The notes beneath the pieces are model-generated. The model saw only the letters and a list, made by a program, of their open reading frames with translations. It searched no databases and had not been told where the DNA came from. Positions 25,801-37,534 of a DNA stretch of 64,000 nucleotides are shown piece after piece. Source of the stretch: Mobula hypostoma (lineage: Eukaryota); NCBI RefSeq assembly GCF_963921235.1, contig NC_086106.1, forward strand, positions 24,800,001 to 24,864,000, read 5' to 3'. Each line of letters starts with the position of its first letter. Position 1 is the stretch's first letter. The position numbers and the translations under genes are program-made.

Positions 25801-28800
25801 CGCCACACGAGGTAACGAGACCCTGGAAGCGGTACGCTTCTCACGAGTCGGTGGGAAGTACCAGACAACGGCCAGGGTGGAAAGGTACGATCAGCGGGAA
25901 CCCGGTGTGTGTCCGCCCTTGCCTGGGTGCCGGGTTCACTGCAGAGGATCGACCGCATCTGGAGGAGGGGTCACAGTCGGTGACCTCAGGTGACATCACC
26001 AAGGACCCGCCCAAAAGCTGTTTGTGAGCCATATCGCCGGTCTGTGAGTGAAGCCGTGTCTGAATGATCAGTTGTTCCTGTTCCCTCTCTCTCTTCCCCC
26101 ACGTTGTCCATCGCCATGGCAACGATTACTGCGAACTGAACTACTAAACTGGACTGAACTTTGAGTCACTTTGAAATTTGGTCATTTGCCCCTAGACAAC
26201 GATAGAGCTTGATTGATGCTGTTATCTTAATTCTGTGCACATGTGTGTTTATCATCGCTGAACTGTTGCATTTATTATCCTTTCGATTACTGTGTTGCTT
26301 GTTTCTTTAATAAAACTTTCTTAGTTCTAGTACTCCAGACTCCAACTGAGTGATCCATTTCTGCTGGTTTGTCAACCCAGTTACGGGGTACGTAACAATG
26401 TCAAGCTTTAGTCTTTGGCAAAGGACATGCACAGTCTACAATGAGTTTTGAGAACGGCTCACCAAATACTGGAATTGGTTGCAGGGGGCCACTGGAGTAA
26501 CCTGATTAGGTTTACCTACAATTTGACACGTACGACACGTTCTACAAAATGACGCCACATCTTGTCTTAAACTAGGCCAATAAAAATGTTTAGAAACTTT
26601 GTTCATAGGATTCTTTGCACCTAAATAACCACCCAACGGAATACCATGAGCCACAGCTCAAATCTCATTTCGGTTAATTTTAGGAACTACTACCTGATGA
26701 TTAACTTCCCATTCCTCACTAGCAGGAATTGTAGGCGATCTCCACTTTCTTATTAATGCCCCCTTTTCAAAATAATATCCTACTGGTACTTTTTTTTCAA
26801 TTTCACTATCTGGAGGATCTTGTTCCTTTAATTTAACTATCTCAGGATTTCTACCCTGCTCTGCTACCATCTGCTTCCGAGATAAAGACAAACATCCTGG
26901 TCAGACTTACCCCCAAAATCCTAATCAAATAATGTAGGTATGAATGTTTCTGATACATCCTCAAAATTCCATTCTTGACTTGAACTGTCATGGGTAACAA
27001 CTTCATCCTATACATCAGTCTTTTTAGCCATAGCTCTTGTTACAACACACGACGAATCTGTGTTAGCATCCCTCTGTGGTTCCTCAGAATTTGAATTTAT
27101 TGTCAAACGCACTTCAGGAAAAACTTGTTCACCTGCTAAATCATTCCTTAACAAAAGAGAAACATCATTCACATGTAAACTGGATTGTAGTCCTACTTTA
27201 ACAAACCGTGTAACTAATCCTTCTGTTATAAAAGTTTCATATCCCTTCTTAAGTTGGTCAGACTCTGACAGATCTTCATTAGTATTATCTGAACCCTGTG
27301 ACTTCACAAGTTTTTCAATATGCTGCACACAAGCATCTAGGACTACGGTTTCTTTTTCTTTCTTTCTCAGTCGAACGCAATTAGCTACTACAAGTCCAGG
27401 TTTCTTAATATAATAACAAATAATACCAAAATGTCTTTCCTTCACTTGTCTCCCTTCATCCTTACTTTTCTCACTACCTTCAGGTTTAATTTCTGGTTTA
27501 CCTTGATTCTCTGTGCTATTTTTCCTTTTAAAATAAATTACCTGGAGAGAATTTAATCTTGTGAATTAAAACATACTCATCAGCTAGTTCAGCAATCTCC
27601 GGCAATGTAGCAGTGTTCCGTTCATTTAAATATGTTCGCACTTCAACAGGAATGCTTCTTTTAATTTTCTCCTGCAAAATCAACCCTTATAATTTATTAT
27701 ACTCCCTATTCACATTTTTAGAGGAAACCCATCTGTCAAAACACACAAATTTCTCATAGACAAATTCCACATAAGTTTTTCTTCCACCGATTTCTTCATA
27801 TTCCTGAATCTTTCTCTATACGCTTCCGGAACCTTATGATATGCCTTTAATATTTGCTGCTTAACAATATCATATTTCAGTGCTTGCTCAGCATCTAAAG
27901 CTGTATAAAGTTGTTGTGCCTTGCTTTTAATTACACTTTGTAACATCACTGGCCATGGGTCTTCCGGCCACTATAAACTCAGAGTACAATTTCGAAATGC
28001 TGGAAATATTTGTCCACTTCAGTTTCATTAAATGGACGATCCAAAATAACTTCACGACTAGCAATAAACTGTTTCGCAGAAACAGAAGACTGTTCCCGGA
28101 CTTTAATTTCTGCATCTCTAGCTCAAATTTCCTTTGCTTTTCGGCTTATTTTTCTGCAAATTCCTTTTTTATGGTCCTCTCTTTCTTCAAGTTCCGTTAT
28201 CTTAATAGCCTCCCTAGTCTCGAATTCCTTCTGTTTATTTACAGCCTCTAACCGACCCTTTTCCATATCAGCTTCTAATTACCTTAACTTTATTTGTTCC
28301 ATATGTAACTGCATTTTCAGCTTACTCATTGGAAACTTATCTCACCTCCTAACCAGACAATTTCAAAGTAATATAATGCTCGGCGATTGTTCTTTGTATA
28401 AAAGCCTTGGTGGAATATTTCGTAATTCTATTAATATCCAACTTCCCAGCCATCTCCAATACCCCAGGTTTTCTCGCATTCACGAAAGACTCCGAGTCAA
28501 GCGTGTCCATAAATACGTCAATATCCATTGTTGCTGAATACTACTCACACCAATCAAACCAAAGGAATTCGGGTATTTCCCTTTTCCAAATAAAAATGTC
28601 AATTACCAGCACTTACACTCAGAATTGGAACACCTCCTGCAAGGCCCCAGAAATTATGCTACGTAACCGGCAATAAAGAATATCAATCGAGACAGGTTAT
28701 ATAAAAACAACCAAACATTTATTAAACACAGTTAAACGATTAAAACAGACAAAAAAAAACAAACAATCGAAAACCTTAACGGGAAGTTAACCGTTCTGCA

Positions 28801-29526
28801 GCCGTTCAACAAATCGTCACTCGGCATTGGTTCTTAGAGCGTTCAATGCGAAAACAGTTCTTAAAGCGATAAAGTCAGATATGGTTCTTAAAATCGTAAA
28901 ATCGAAAGTCCAGCAGATTGATACTGACTTCTCTGGAGAAGGATTTCATTATAGACGCGACTTTCCTGCTGGTTCTGTCCACAGGATTCACGATGCAGTA
29001 AATAAACTGTTTAAAACAACTGACCTTAAATTCTTTTAGAGAGATCAAACTTTGCATGAACTCCTTACCATTTGGCAAGAGTTATCCCGATGTAGGTCGC
29101 TACTCCTTCAAGGAAGACTCAATAAGGTCGATCATTTATTAAACCGCCGAACGATGAAGACTCCTCTCAATCCTTCGGTCCTGTACTTCGATAAAGTCTT
29201 CACTCTTCCTTCTACTGGTGGAAAAGAGTAATCAGCACATCTAGTAAAACAATTCCAGTCCAATAATATTGTATCTTGCAATAGAGCGCAACACTCCGTT
29301 TTAAAAATGAAACTGTCTCACAAAAACAAACGCGCAACAGAAACGGAGACACCGAAAGTTCTACCTGGAACTCTACGAACTAAAAACTAACTGCGTCATC
29401 TGGGTTCTACGTGGTGCACATGCCATCACGTGACCGGACATCGGCGGAAAAATTACATCAGGTGATCTCCAAAAGACGATTACATCATTCTCACAAAAAA
29501 CACAGATCTCCTTGAGGCATGTAATA
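22873..29526 (-). mobile_element. Gmr1-like Ty3/Gypsy LTR retrotransposon, decayed
   Basis: Direct LTRs at 22873-~23610 and 28657-29526 (TGYTACGTAA starts). Minus-strand order: gag (LQSVIKSKAQ..VPEAYRERFR; degenerate CCHC), integrase (HFYWPSLRQDVASFCRTCRTCQ at about 26.5k), then RT (KIDLLKGYW, PFGMKNAPGTFQ at about 24.1k). Confidence 0.85.
25537..26397. mobile_element. Solo LTR nested in the Gmr1-like integrase
   Basis: TGTGACGAG...CGTAACA flanked by a perfect 4-bp TSD ATGT. Related to 54436-55263. Confidence 0.88.
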
Positions 29527-29669
29527 CAAATAATATTTAATTATTATAAACTAGTGGTAATTATTCTCAGATATATCATATCGTCACCTAATATGACGTC
29601 ATTACCTTATATAACATATTGTTTTTTTTAATGTTAAAACCCAGTGGAGTGGTTCAAATGACGTTCAGA

Positions 29670-30163
29670 GACTGTTTTCCCAGCTGAGCTCCCCATCTGT
29701 GTTTCACACTGTTTGCAGTAGTTTGCAATGCAGAAATGTAAACAGTAGTTCTGAGAAGTTTCATCCCTTTTCTCTCAATTTCATCTCCACATGGAATTAC
29801 CACGCGGTGACAGTCAGCTGCGTAGCTGCCATAGCCAGTTGCTATTCCTTCTCCACTCCTGGACTGTATCAGCGAAACGACCATTAGTGTATTATGCCGT
29901 ATGTTTATAGCCGCCAGTATTTGGTCTCCAGACGGCAAACCCCGGTTGTCTGTTCGGGTAGTTGCGGAGAAAAAATAAATTAAAGAGAATATATATATAT
30001 TCTCAGAAGAAAATATATGTATTATATATAACCCCTGAAAGTTAAGCTTGAACCAATGAGATGCCTCTTTGACCATGTGAACCATTGATTTTGCTGGGTT
30101 ATTGATCCGGCATTTCTCAAATATGGTTAAAATGATTAAAAGCACTCCAATGTCTCGCAGCAT
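29670..30163 (-). pseudogene. Degenerate TRDV-like V pseudogene
   Basis: 15-codon leader MLRDIGVLLIILTIF; intron with a pyrimidine tract ending CCGCAA (AG changed to AA) at 29962. The exon ends ...VYISALQTTANSVKHRWGAQL, read as a decayed ISALQxxDSAKYxCxx. AACAGTC heptamer-like at 29670-29676; no nonamer. Confidence 0.5.
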
Positions 30164-31594
30164 CAAGCACCAAGAATTACCAGAATTAATCATAAAGAAT
30201 GGGCCAGCACCTGTCTATGTCCCGAACAGCATACTATTTGTCAATGTACATGAACATATTGATCCCATTCCCTTCTAGGTCTGTTCTTTTTCCATATCAC
30301 ATGTACAGTATTAAAACGGTGTTCATTCAAAAATTATTTCAAATTCAGCTGAAAAAGTCATTGAATCAGAGTATGATGATATGTGAGATAATGTAACACA
30401 AGGCGAGGTGGAGTGCACTTTAGAACTCCATGCTTAGAGAACCTCATAGTTTGAAAACATTTTCTGTTTAGTTGTTTCCTCATGGTCATACAATCCAGGA
30501 ATGGGTTCAATAGAGTTGATTTGCAGATTTCCACTATGCCTTTCTTCATGGGGATTTTGTTTACTTCTGAATATCAACATTTAATGATGATTTAAAATCG
30601 TTTGTAATCTTGCCGATGATAATCGACATTCACAACAGCCCAAGGCCAAGACCTCACAAGCCTCTGTTACTAAAATGCGAGAAATGCTTTTTGAACTCTG
30701 CGACCAGTGAATCATTAATCTAAACCTGCATAAAACGTAGACACCGATGGTACAATATTATATCCTGCTGAACAAACGCAAAAAAAATATGCTGCTCTGA
30801 TTGTATTTGTTTACCTCTGCGTCTAAAACTCAGAAAATAGGTGCGCGACGAACTCATTTAAATTTGGCTGGAAATTTGCTGATTAATCTCAGCATTCTGG
30901 GAAAGGATACATTCTTTTATATTCTGACATATATATTTACGTACATCCATCGATCCTTTATATCCATCAACTTGATCATTAGGAGCTTTCAGACCAGTTT
31001 TACGAGAGAAAATTGTTTCTTTGTTTGCAGTTAATAAGCTAAATTGCTTATTTTCATTTCAGATAGACGGAAAAAAGACGGAATCACTGGGAACACCCAG
31101 CTGGCAAGGGAGCTATGCGAAATTCGCAGAACAAACAGTCCAAGAGAACGAATAACTTAAGATTTGATGCCACCTGGTGGAATATATATTCTTTGCTTCG
31201 GGCGATGTTACATGAAACTCAGTGTGTCCTTCGCGTCATAACAGCCTATGCACAATCAATCACCACATCCATCCGCGAAATTAATTGCGAAGTTTTTCAG
31301 AGGAAAGCTACTTTCCTAGGCTGCATGTGAACAAATCAAAATACCATGCGCTGTGCTGCTTGCTCATTTCTGCTTTTGAGATCAATTCTGTCGTCTCCGC
31401 GTTCTGCCAGAAAACCACGTCAGGGAAGAGTAAAGATTGCTATTGCATCCTTTGCTGCAGCCAGGCTTTGTTACCGTCCGATCTATTCTGCTCGCAGCCT
31501 CTGCCTCGATGATAAATCGCAATTTGTTGACAGTCTTCTCAGCAAGAATTATTGGCTACCCAGCATTCCTTGCCTTTCACTGGCGCTGCCTTGT

Positions 31595-31740
31595 TGATGT
31601 CAGCTCACAAATTATTTCACTGGTTTGTTCTGCACTTCTGCAATCGCCTCGGCAATACTTCATTTCCTGCATTGCGTCTGAACGCCTTTTTCTATTGGGT
31701 GTCAGAAATTCTACATCTTGCGTTGTCTGTTGTGATTGGT
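31595..31740 (+). promoter_or_regulatory. Putative V promoter: CRE-like TGATGTCA and inverted CCAAT box
   Basis: TGATGTCA at 31595-31602 and GATTGGT at 31734-31740, upstream of ATG 31827. The same pair has equivalent spacing before the second V. Confidence 0.45.
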
Positions 31741-31826
31741 CGCTTTGGACAAGATATGTGTTTCTCTCCTCTGGCAATGAGTCTCCAGTCTGTGGTAACG
31801 GGAGTACAGACTCAAACAGAGTGACA

Positions 31827-32301
31827 ATGAAGAACTGCCTCACTCCGTTCCTCATTATTGCGTTTCTTCCTGGTAAGATGTTCCTTCACTGTAATATGCC
31901 ACAGATCTCTAATTCAATGTGAACACGTTTTATTTTCTATTTACGTAACCATATCGTTCGAAGTAGAGTTTATGCTCTATGATTTATTTTGTTGTTAGAC
32001 TGGAGCCTTCAAGATTCAGTGGAACAGTCAGTGGCTACAATGACGATCAAAGAAGAAAGGAATGTTACACTAAACTGCACTTTACAAACAAGTGCTACAA
32101 CCCCGAAGGTTTTCTGGTACAGGCAGCGCCCCAGAGAGCGACCAGAGTATTTGATTCGGATCATCACAGGGACAGTAGAAAGAAACAAAGATGTGACCGA
32201 CCGAATAAATGTTTCCTATGATAAGAGCAAAAAATATTCAGAACTCTCGATTCAGAACGTCAAAATCACTGACACGGCCAAGTACCTCTGCGCGATGAGC
32301 A
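31827..32301 (+). CDS. TRAV: TCR alpha/delta-type V gene segment, apparently functional; join(31827..31872, 31999..32301)
   Basis: Leader exon MKNCLTPFLIIAFLP+G ends at GTAAG (31873). The 126-nt intron ends TTAG. The V exon reads (D)WSLQ-DSVEQSVATMTIKEERNVTLNCTLQTSATTPKVFWYRQRPRERPEYLIRIITGTVERNKDVTDRINVSYDKSKKYSELSIQNVKITDTAKYLCAMS, open, with C23, WYRQ and YLC, and abuts an RSS. The TRA/TRD assignment (vs other loci) is inferred from DSVEQ, CAMS and the 23-RSS. Confidence 0.93.
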
Positions 32302-32340
32302 CACAGTGCTGTAAAAACGCAACTATCCCGAACAAAAACT
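32302..32340 (+). other. Recombination signal sequence, 23-bp spacer
   Basis: CACAGTG (32302-32308) + 23 nt CTGTAAAAACGCAACTATCCCGA + ACAAAAACT (32332-32340). Confidence 0.97.
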
Positions 32341-33565
32341 CACTTTCACAATTTCCTCGAGATATCGATAGGGGGCGAACAGATCAAGGGGAACACAAAT
32401 TCCTCTTTATCCATTTGAGCTATTGCTTTTGCATAGTTATTCTTTCGGCATTTCTCCGTCCGGCTATATGGTTAAAATGAGAAACAAAACACTTCAGATA
32501 CTTCGGATACCACACATTTTATGATAACTCAAAATCGCTTGCATGACAGCCGACGATGAAGAGGCGCCCAGACAGCGCGAGGCCCATAGTTCGAATGCCA
32601 CTGTTCCCAAAATCCGAGACTTCCTTTTTGATATCTGCGGCTTCTGAGTCATTTATCAAAATCGGTTGAAAACGTGCAGTCGGATGGTACAACATCATAT
32701 CCTGCTGAACGAACACAGGAAACTGGAAGTCGATCTGGTTTTATCTGAATCTATACCTAGAAAATAGGTGCGTGAATAATTCATGTAAATTAGGCGGGAT
32801 TTACGCTGACTAATCACAGCTTTCTGCCAAAGGAGAGAACGTTTTTGTTTTCATCATGACATATATATCTACGTATATCTGTCGATACTTAATATACATC
32901 AGTTTAATGTTGAACTACATGATCACTGGGAATTTTAAACCCAGCTTAATCAGAAAAAAAGAGCACTTCATAAGATTCGGGAGATTTGTTTTTCATCAGT
33001 TATAGAGACACGTTGCTTATTTTCAGTTCACATGACAATTTTAAAAGAGAGAAACTTTTGGAACACCCAACAGACGTGGAAGCTTCTAACCAAAATTAAA
33101 GAATGATTAGTCCCAGTGAGAGAAGTACATATGCTTTGCTGCCATCTGGTGAAATATATCTTCTTGATTTCTGGCGATGTTGCATGAAACTCAGTACCTC
33201 CGGCACGTCTGAACAGCCTATACACAAGCAAACACACTCCCATCCGGCGAATTAATTCGTAAGTCTTTTAGAGAAAAGCTACGTGGATAGACTGCATATG
33301 AACACGTCAATATACCGTGCGCGTGCTGTTTGCTCATTCCTGCTTTTCAGTTCAAAACTATAGTCGCTACGTTTTGCCAGAAATCCGCGTCAGAGAGGAA
33401 TAAAGTCTGTTGTTTCATCTTATGCTGCACTCAAGCTTCGTAATACTACGATTTAGTCTACTCGCACCCTCTGCCTCGATGAGCAAGCGCAATTTATTGA
33501 CAGTCTTCTCCATATAAGTTGACGGCTGCCCCGCATCCCTTCCCCTTTGATTGGCGCTACGCTGA

Positions 33566-33714
33566 TGATGTCAGCTCACAAAGTATTTGATTGGTTTGTT
33601 CTGCACTTCTGCAATCGCCTCTGAAAAAAAAAAATCATTTCCTGCAGAGCGTCTCAACGCTTTTTTCTATTGTGTTTTAGGGATTCAACGCCGTCCGTTC
33701 CCGGTTGTGATTGG
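33566..33714 (+). promoter_or_regulatory. Putative V promoter: CRE-like TGATGTCA and inverted CCAAT box
   Basis: TGATGTCA at 33566-33573 and GATTGG at 33709-33714, upstream of ATG 33802. Confidence 0.45.
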
Positions 33715-33801
33715 TCGGTTTAGCCAATGTATGTGTTTTTCTCCTCTGGCAATCAGTCTTCAGTCTGTGATTACGAGAGTACAGACTCAAACAGAGTGAT
33801 T

Positions 33802-34277
33802 ATGATGAACTGTCTCACTCCGTTCCTCATTATTGTGTTTCATCTGGGTAAGAGGTTCCTTCACTGTAATATTCCAGAGATCCCTAATATCTCTGTGAAG
33901 AATTTTAGTTTTCTAATTACGTAACCATATTTCTCGAGGTAGAGCTTATGATCTATGATTTATTTTACTCTTAGAGTGGAGCCTTCAAGACTCAGTGGAA
34001 CAGTCAGTGGATGCATTGACGATCGAAGAAGAAAGTAATGTTACACTAAACTGCACTTTACAAACAAGTGATGTATTCCCGAATGGATTCTGGTACAGGC
34101 AGCGCCCCAGCCAGCGAACACAGTATTTGTTTCGGATCATCACAGAGAAAGTAGAACGAAATAAAGATGTGACCGAACGATTTTCTGTTTCCTATGATAA
34201 GAGTAAAAAATATACCGAACTCTCGATTAAGAACGCCAAAATCTCTGACTCGGCCACGTACCTCTGCGCGATGAGCA
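33802..34277 (+). CDS. TRAV: TCR alpha/delta-type V gene segment, apparently functional; join(33802..33847, 33975..34277)
   Basis: Leader MMNCLTPFLIIVFHL+G with GTAAG donor at 33848 and TTAG acceptor. The V exon reads (E)WSLQ-DSVEQSVDALTIEEESNVTLNCTLQTSDVFPNGFWYRQRPSQRTQYLFRIITEKVERNKDVTERFSVSYDKSKKYTELSIKNAKISDSATYLCAMS with no stops. Confidence 0.93.
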
Positions 34278-34316
34278 CACAGTGCTGTAAAAACTCAGCT
34301 ATCTCGAACAAAAACC
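34278..34316 (+). other. Recombination signal sequence, 23-bp spacer (perfect consensus)
   Basis: CACAGTG + 23 nt CTGTAAAAACTCAGCTATCTCGA + ACAAAAACC. Confidence 0.97.
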
Positions 34317-35768
34317 CACTTTCACAATTTCCACGAGATATCGATAGAGGGCGAACAAATCAAAGGGAACACAAATACTCTTTATCCGTGTGAGGAATTG
34401 TTTTTGCATAGTTATTCTTTCAGCATTTCTCAGTCTGCCTATATGGTTAAAGTGAGAAACAAAACACTTCAGCTGCTTCGGATACCAGAGGTTTTATGAT
34501 AATTCAAAATCGCTTGCATGACGGCCGACGATGAAGGGCACCCAGAGAGCCCGAGGTCCAGAGTTCGAATGCCCCTTTTCCCAAAATCCGAGGCTTCCTT
34601 TTTGATATCTGCGGCTTGTGAGTCATTTATCTAAATCTGTTTAAAACGTGCAGTGGGATGGTACAACATCATATCCTGCTGAACGAACACAGGAAATAAG
34701 AAGTCGATCTGGTTTTCTTTGTTTATTTCTGAGTCTGTACGTGCCTAATTAATGTAAATTATGCAGGAATTACGCTGACTAATCACAGCACTCTGCGAAA
34801 GGAGATGTTGTTTTTTTTTTCTTCCTGACATATATATCTACGTACATCTATCGATCCTTAATATACATTAGTTTGGCGTTGAACAACTTTATCACTGGGA
34901 ATTTTAAACCCAGGTTTTCCAGAAAAAGAGTACTTCATAAGATTCGGGAGATTTGCCTGTCATCAGTTATAGAGGACACGTTGCTTATTTTCAGTTCATA
35001 TCACAATTTTAAAAGAGAGATACATTTGGAACACCCAACAGGCGTGGAAGCTTCTGCGACAATTGAAGAATGAGCAGACCCAGTGAGCGAATTACTTATG
35101 TGTTGCTGCCATCTTGTGGAATATATATTCTTTAATTCTGGCGATGTGACATGAAACCAGGACCTCCTTCACTACTCAACAGCCTATCCACAAGCAATCA
35201 CAACTTTCATTCACAGAATTAATTGGTAAGTGATTCAGAGAAAAGCTACTTGTATTGACTGCATATGAACAGGTCAAAATACCGTGCGCCGTGCTGCTTG
35301 CTCATTTCTGCTCTTCAGATCAACTCTGAAGTCGCTACGTTTTTGCCAGAAATTCACGTCAGAGAAGAGTAAAGACTGTTGTTGCATCTTAAGCTGCACG
35401 CACGCTTCGTTACCCAACCATTTATTCTGCTCGCATCCTCTGCCTCGATGAGGAAACTTAAGTGAATGACAATCTACTCCAAAATATTTGCCTTCTGCCT
35501 CGCATCACTTCACCTTTGGGTGGCGCTGGACTATTAATGTCCGCTGACAAAGGATTTGATTGTTTTGTTCTGATCTTCTGTGATCGTCTCTGCAAAATTT
35601 AGTTTCCTGCATTCCATGTGAACGCCTTTATTCTATTGTGTCTTTTGAGATTTAACACCGTGCGTTGCCTGTTATGATTGTTCGGTTTGGCCAAGGTATG
35701 TCTATTTCTGATCTGACAATGAGTCTCCAATCTGTGGTCACAGAATGAAAGACTCAAACAAAACGATT

Positions 35769-36049
35769 GTGAACAATTGTCTCACGGCTTTCCTCAGTAT
35801 TGTGTTTCTTCTAGGTAAGGTATTCCTTCACTGTAATATTTCAGATGTCTCTGTAATTTCTGTAACCATGTTTTTTTTTCTATGTAAGTATACATGTTTT
35901 TCGAAGTCGGGCTTATGATCTATTGAATATTTTACTGATATACTGGGGCCTTCAAGACTCAGTGGAACAGTCAGTGGATGCAATAACGAGCGATGAAGAG
36001 AGTAATTTTACTCTAAACTGTACTTTACAAACAAGCAATGTACTCCTGA

Positions 36050-36080
<31 letters not shown>

Positions 36081-36182
36081 CCGAACTATCGATTAAAATC
36101 ATCATAATCTCGGACTTGGCCACCTCCCTCTGTGCGATGACCCCACGGTCTTTACAAATCTCAATTATCTCGAACAAAAAGC
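35769..36182 (+). pseudogene. TCR V pseudogene with core replaced by (TA)n
   Basis: Leader starts GTG and the acceptor is changed from AG to AT. The exon reads WGLQDSVEQSVDAITSDEESNFTLNCTLQTSNVLLN, then (TA)n, and resumes at TATACCGAACT; SLCAMT; degenerate RSS CACGGTC-23-ACAAAAAGC. Confidence 0.92.
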
Positions 36183-37534
36183 CTTTTTCACAGTTTCCTC
36201 GGGAGCGCGATAGCGGGCGGAACAAATCAAGCTGAGCATAAATGCGAACTGAAGTACAAAGGCTTCGCCCAATATTCCTCTCCCCAGTGAATTATCGTCT
36301 TGGCATTTGCAATGGATGCGTTTACTCTTCGATGGCTATAACTTTGATCAAAACCACTTAATCTTGAACAATTCCCTCTGTTTTACCTAATTTCTCTGAA
36401 TACTCACCTATCGCATCTGAAGCTTCCACCGTCATCAAGCCTTCATGTGGCTTTCGGTTTCAGTCAAAGATTTAATCACACTTTGGTGGATTGTTTTGCT
36501 GTATGTCTTTGACTTTTATTAATACGCGAGATCTTACGTATTTAAACGCCAGCGTCAGATTGTATACAACATAAGTAAACGCTGGGTGTAATTGGATTCG
36601 CCGTTTTCTTTTCTTTACTTCTAGCGATGATTCAAAATCACGATCCATTGTGTTTACCGTCAGCTTTTATTTCGTTTCCATGTAAATAAGTGAAAGGTGT
36701 CAATATATATTGGATTGACCACATCAGCAGTTCAAAATATTGTAAAATTGTTAATATGAAAACCACTTGCTCTGGATGCGCAGTTGAAGTTTCGGAGACA
36801 ACGGCGCCTAACAGCGACTCATTTGCTTGCAGCCTCGGAAACAGCACTCTTTCTATCTTTATAATCTGCAGTTTTCCCTTTCAAGGTACTTCTGTGGACC
36901 CTCACCGCGAGTTACACGCTGACTCCGGTTCTTTGCGGGAAAGGCAAGGCTCTCGATGTGTCACGACTGGCCTTTATTCGATAAGTAGCTCACCTTCGGA
37001 GTTTTGCGATTTCAAGGCTCTGAAGGCTGGCAGAGTCGAGGTTGGTGCCTCTACAGGATATCGCTGTGTCTGAGCAAACGAAAGAACTCTGGTATGGTGC
37101 AAAGAAAACCAATATCTTTGGGCACAGAGCTCGGGAATAACAAACGACTTAAAGGACTTTCAATATCGTAAATCAGAGAGTTGTTTGTTATGTTTCCTTT
37201 CTCGCTGTGCTCAGCAGACAGCGGGGATGGGGGTCGCTGCGTTGCTGCTTTTACGCGTGGGAGAGTTGACCTGGAGTGGGGATTTCGGTTTCTACCATTC
37301 AACTGACAATCATATTTTGCGACACCCCTCTGTTTTTCTGGACGCTTCCGAACATCATAATTGCAGGATATATAATGTATACATTTATCTGACATTAAAT
37401 ATACCTGTGAAACATTTGTACATTCATTCTGAGAAGCGTTTACGTCATGCGTCTTAATTAAGTGGAGCATTGTACTTGTATTTACAACACTTACAGTAAG
37501 AGCCGGTAAGCAACTTAATATTCACGTTTTAGCA

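Noticed and set aside
28010-28537. 175-aa plus-strand ORF
   Set aside because: It is the antisense shadow of the Gmr1-like gag 5' region and has low-complexity composition.
29654-30193. 179-aa ORF as a novel membrane protein
   Set aside because: It is better explained as leader + AT-rich intron + decayed V read in one frame.
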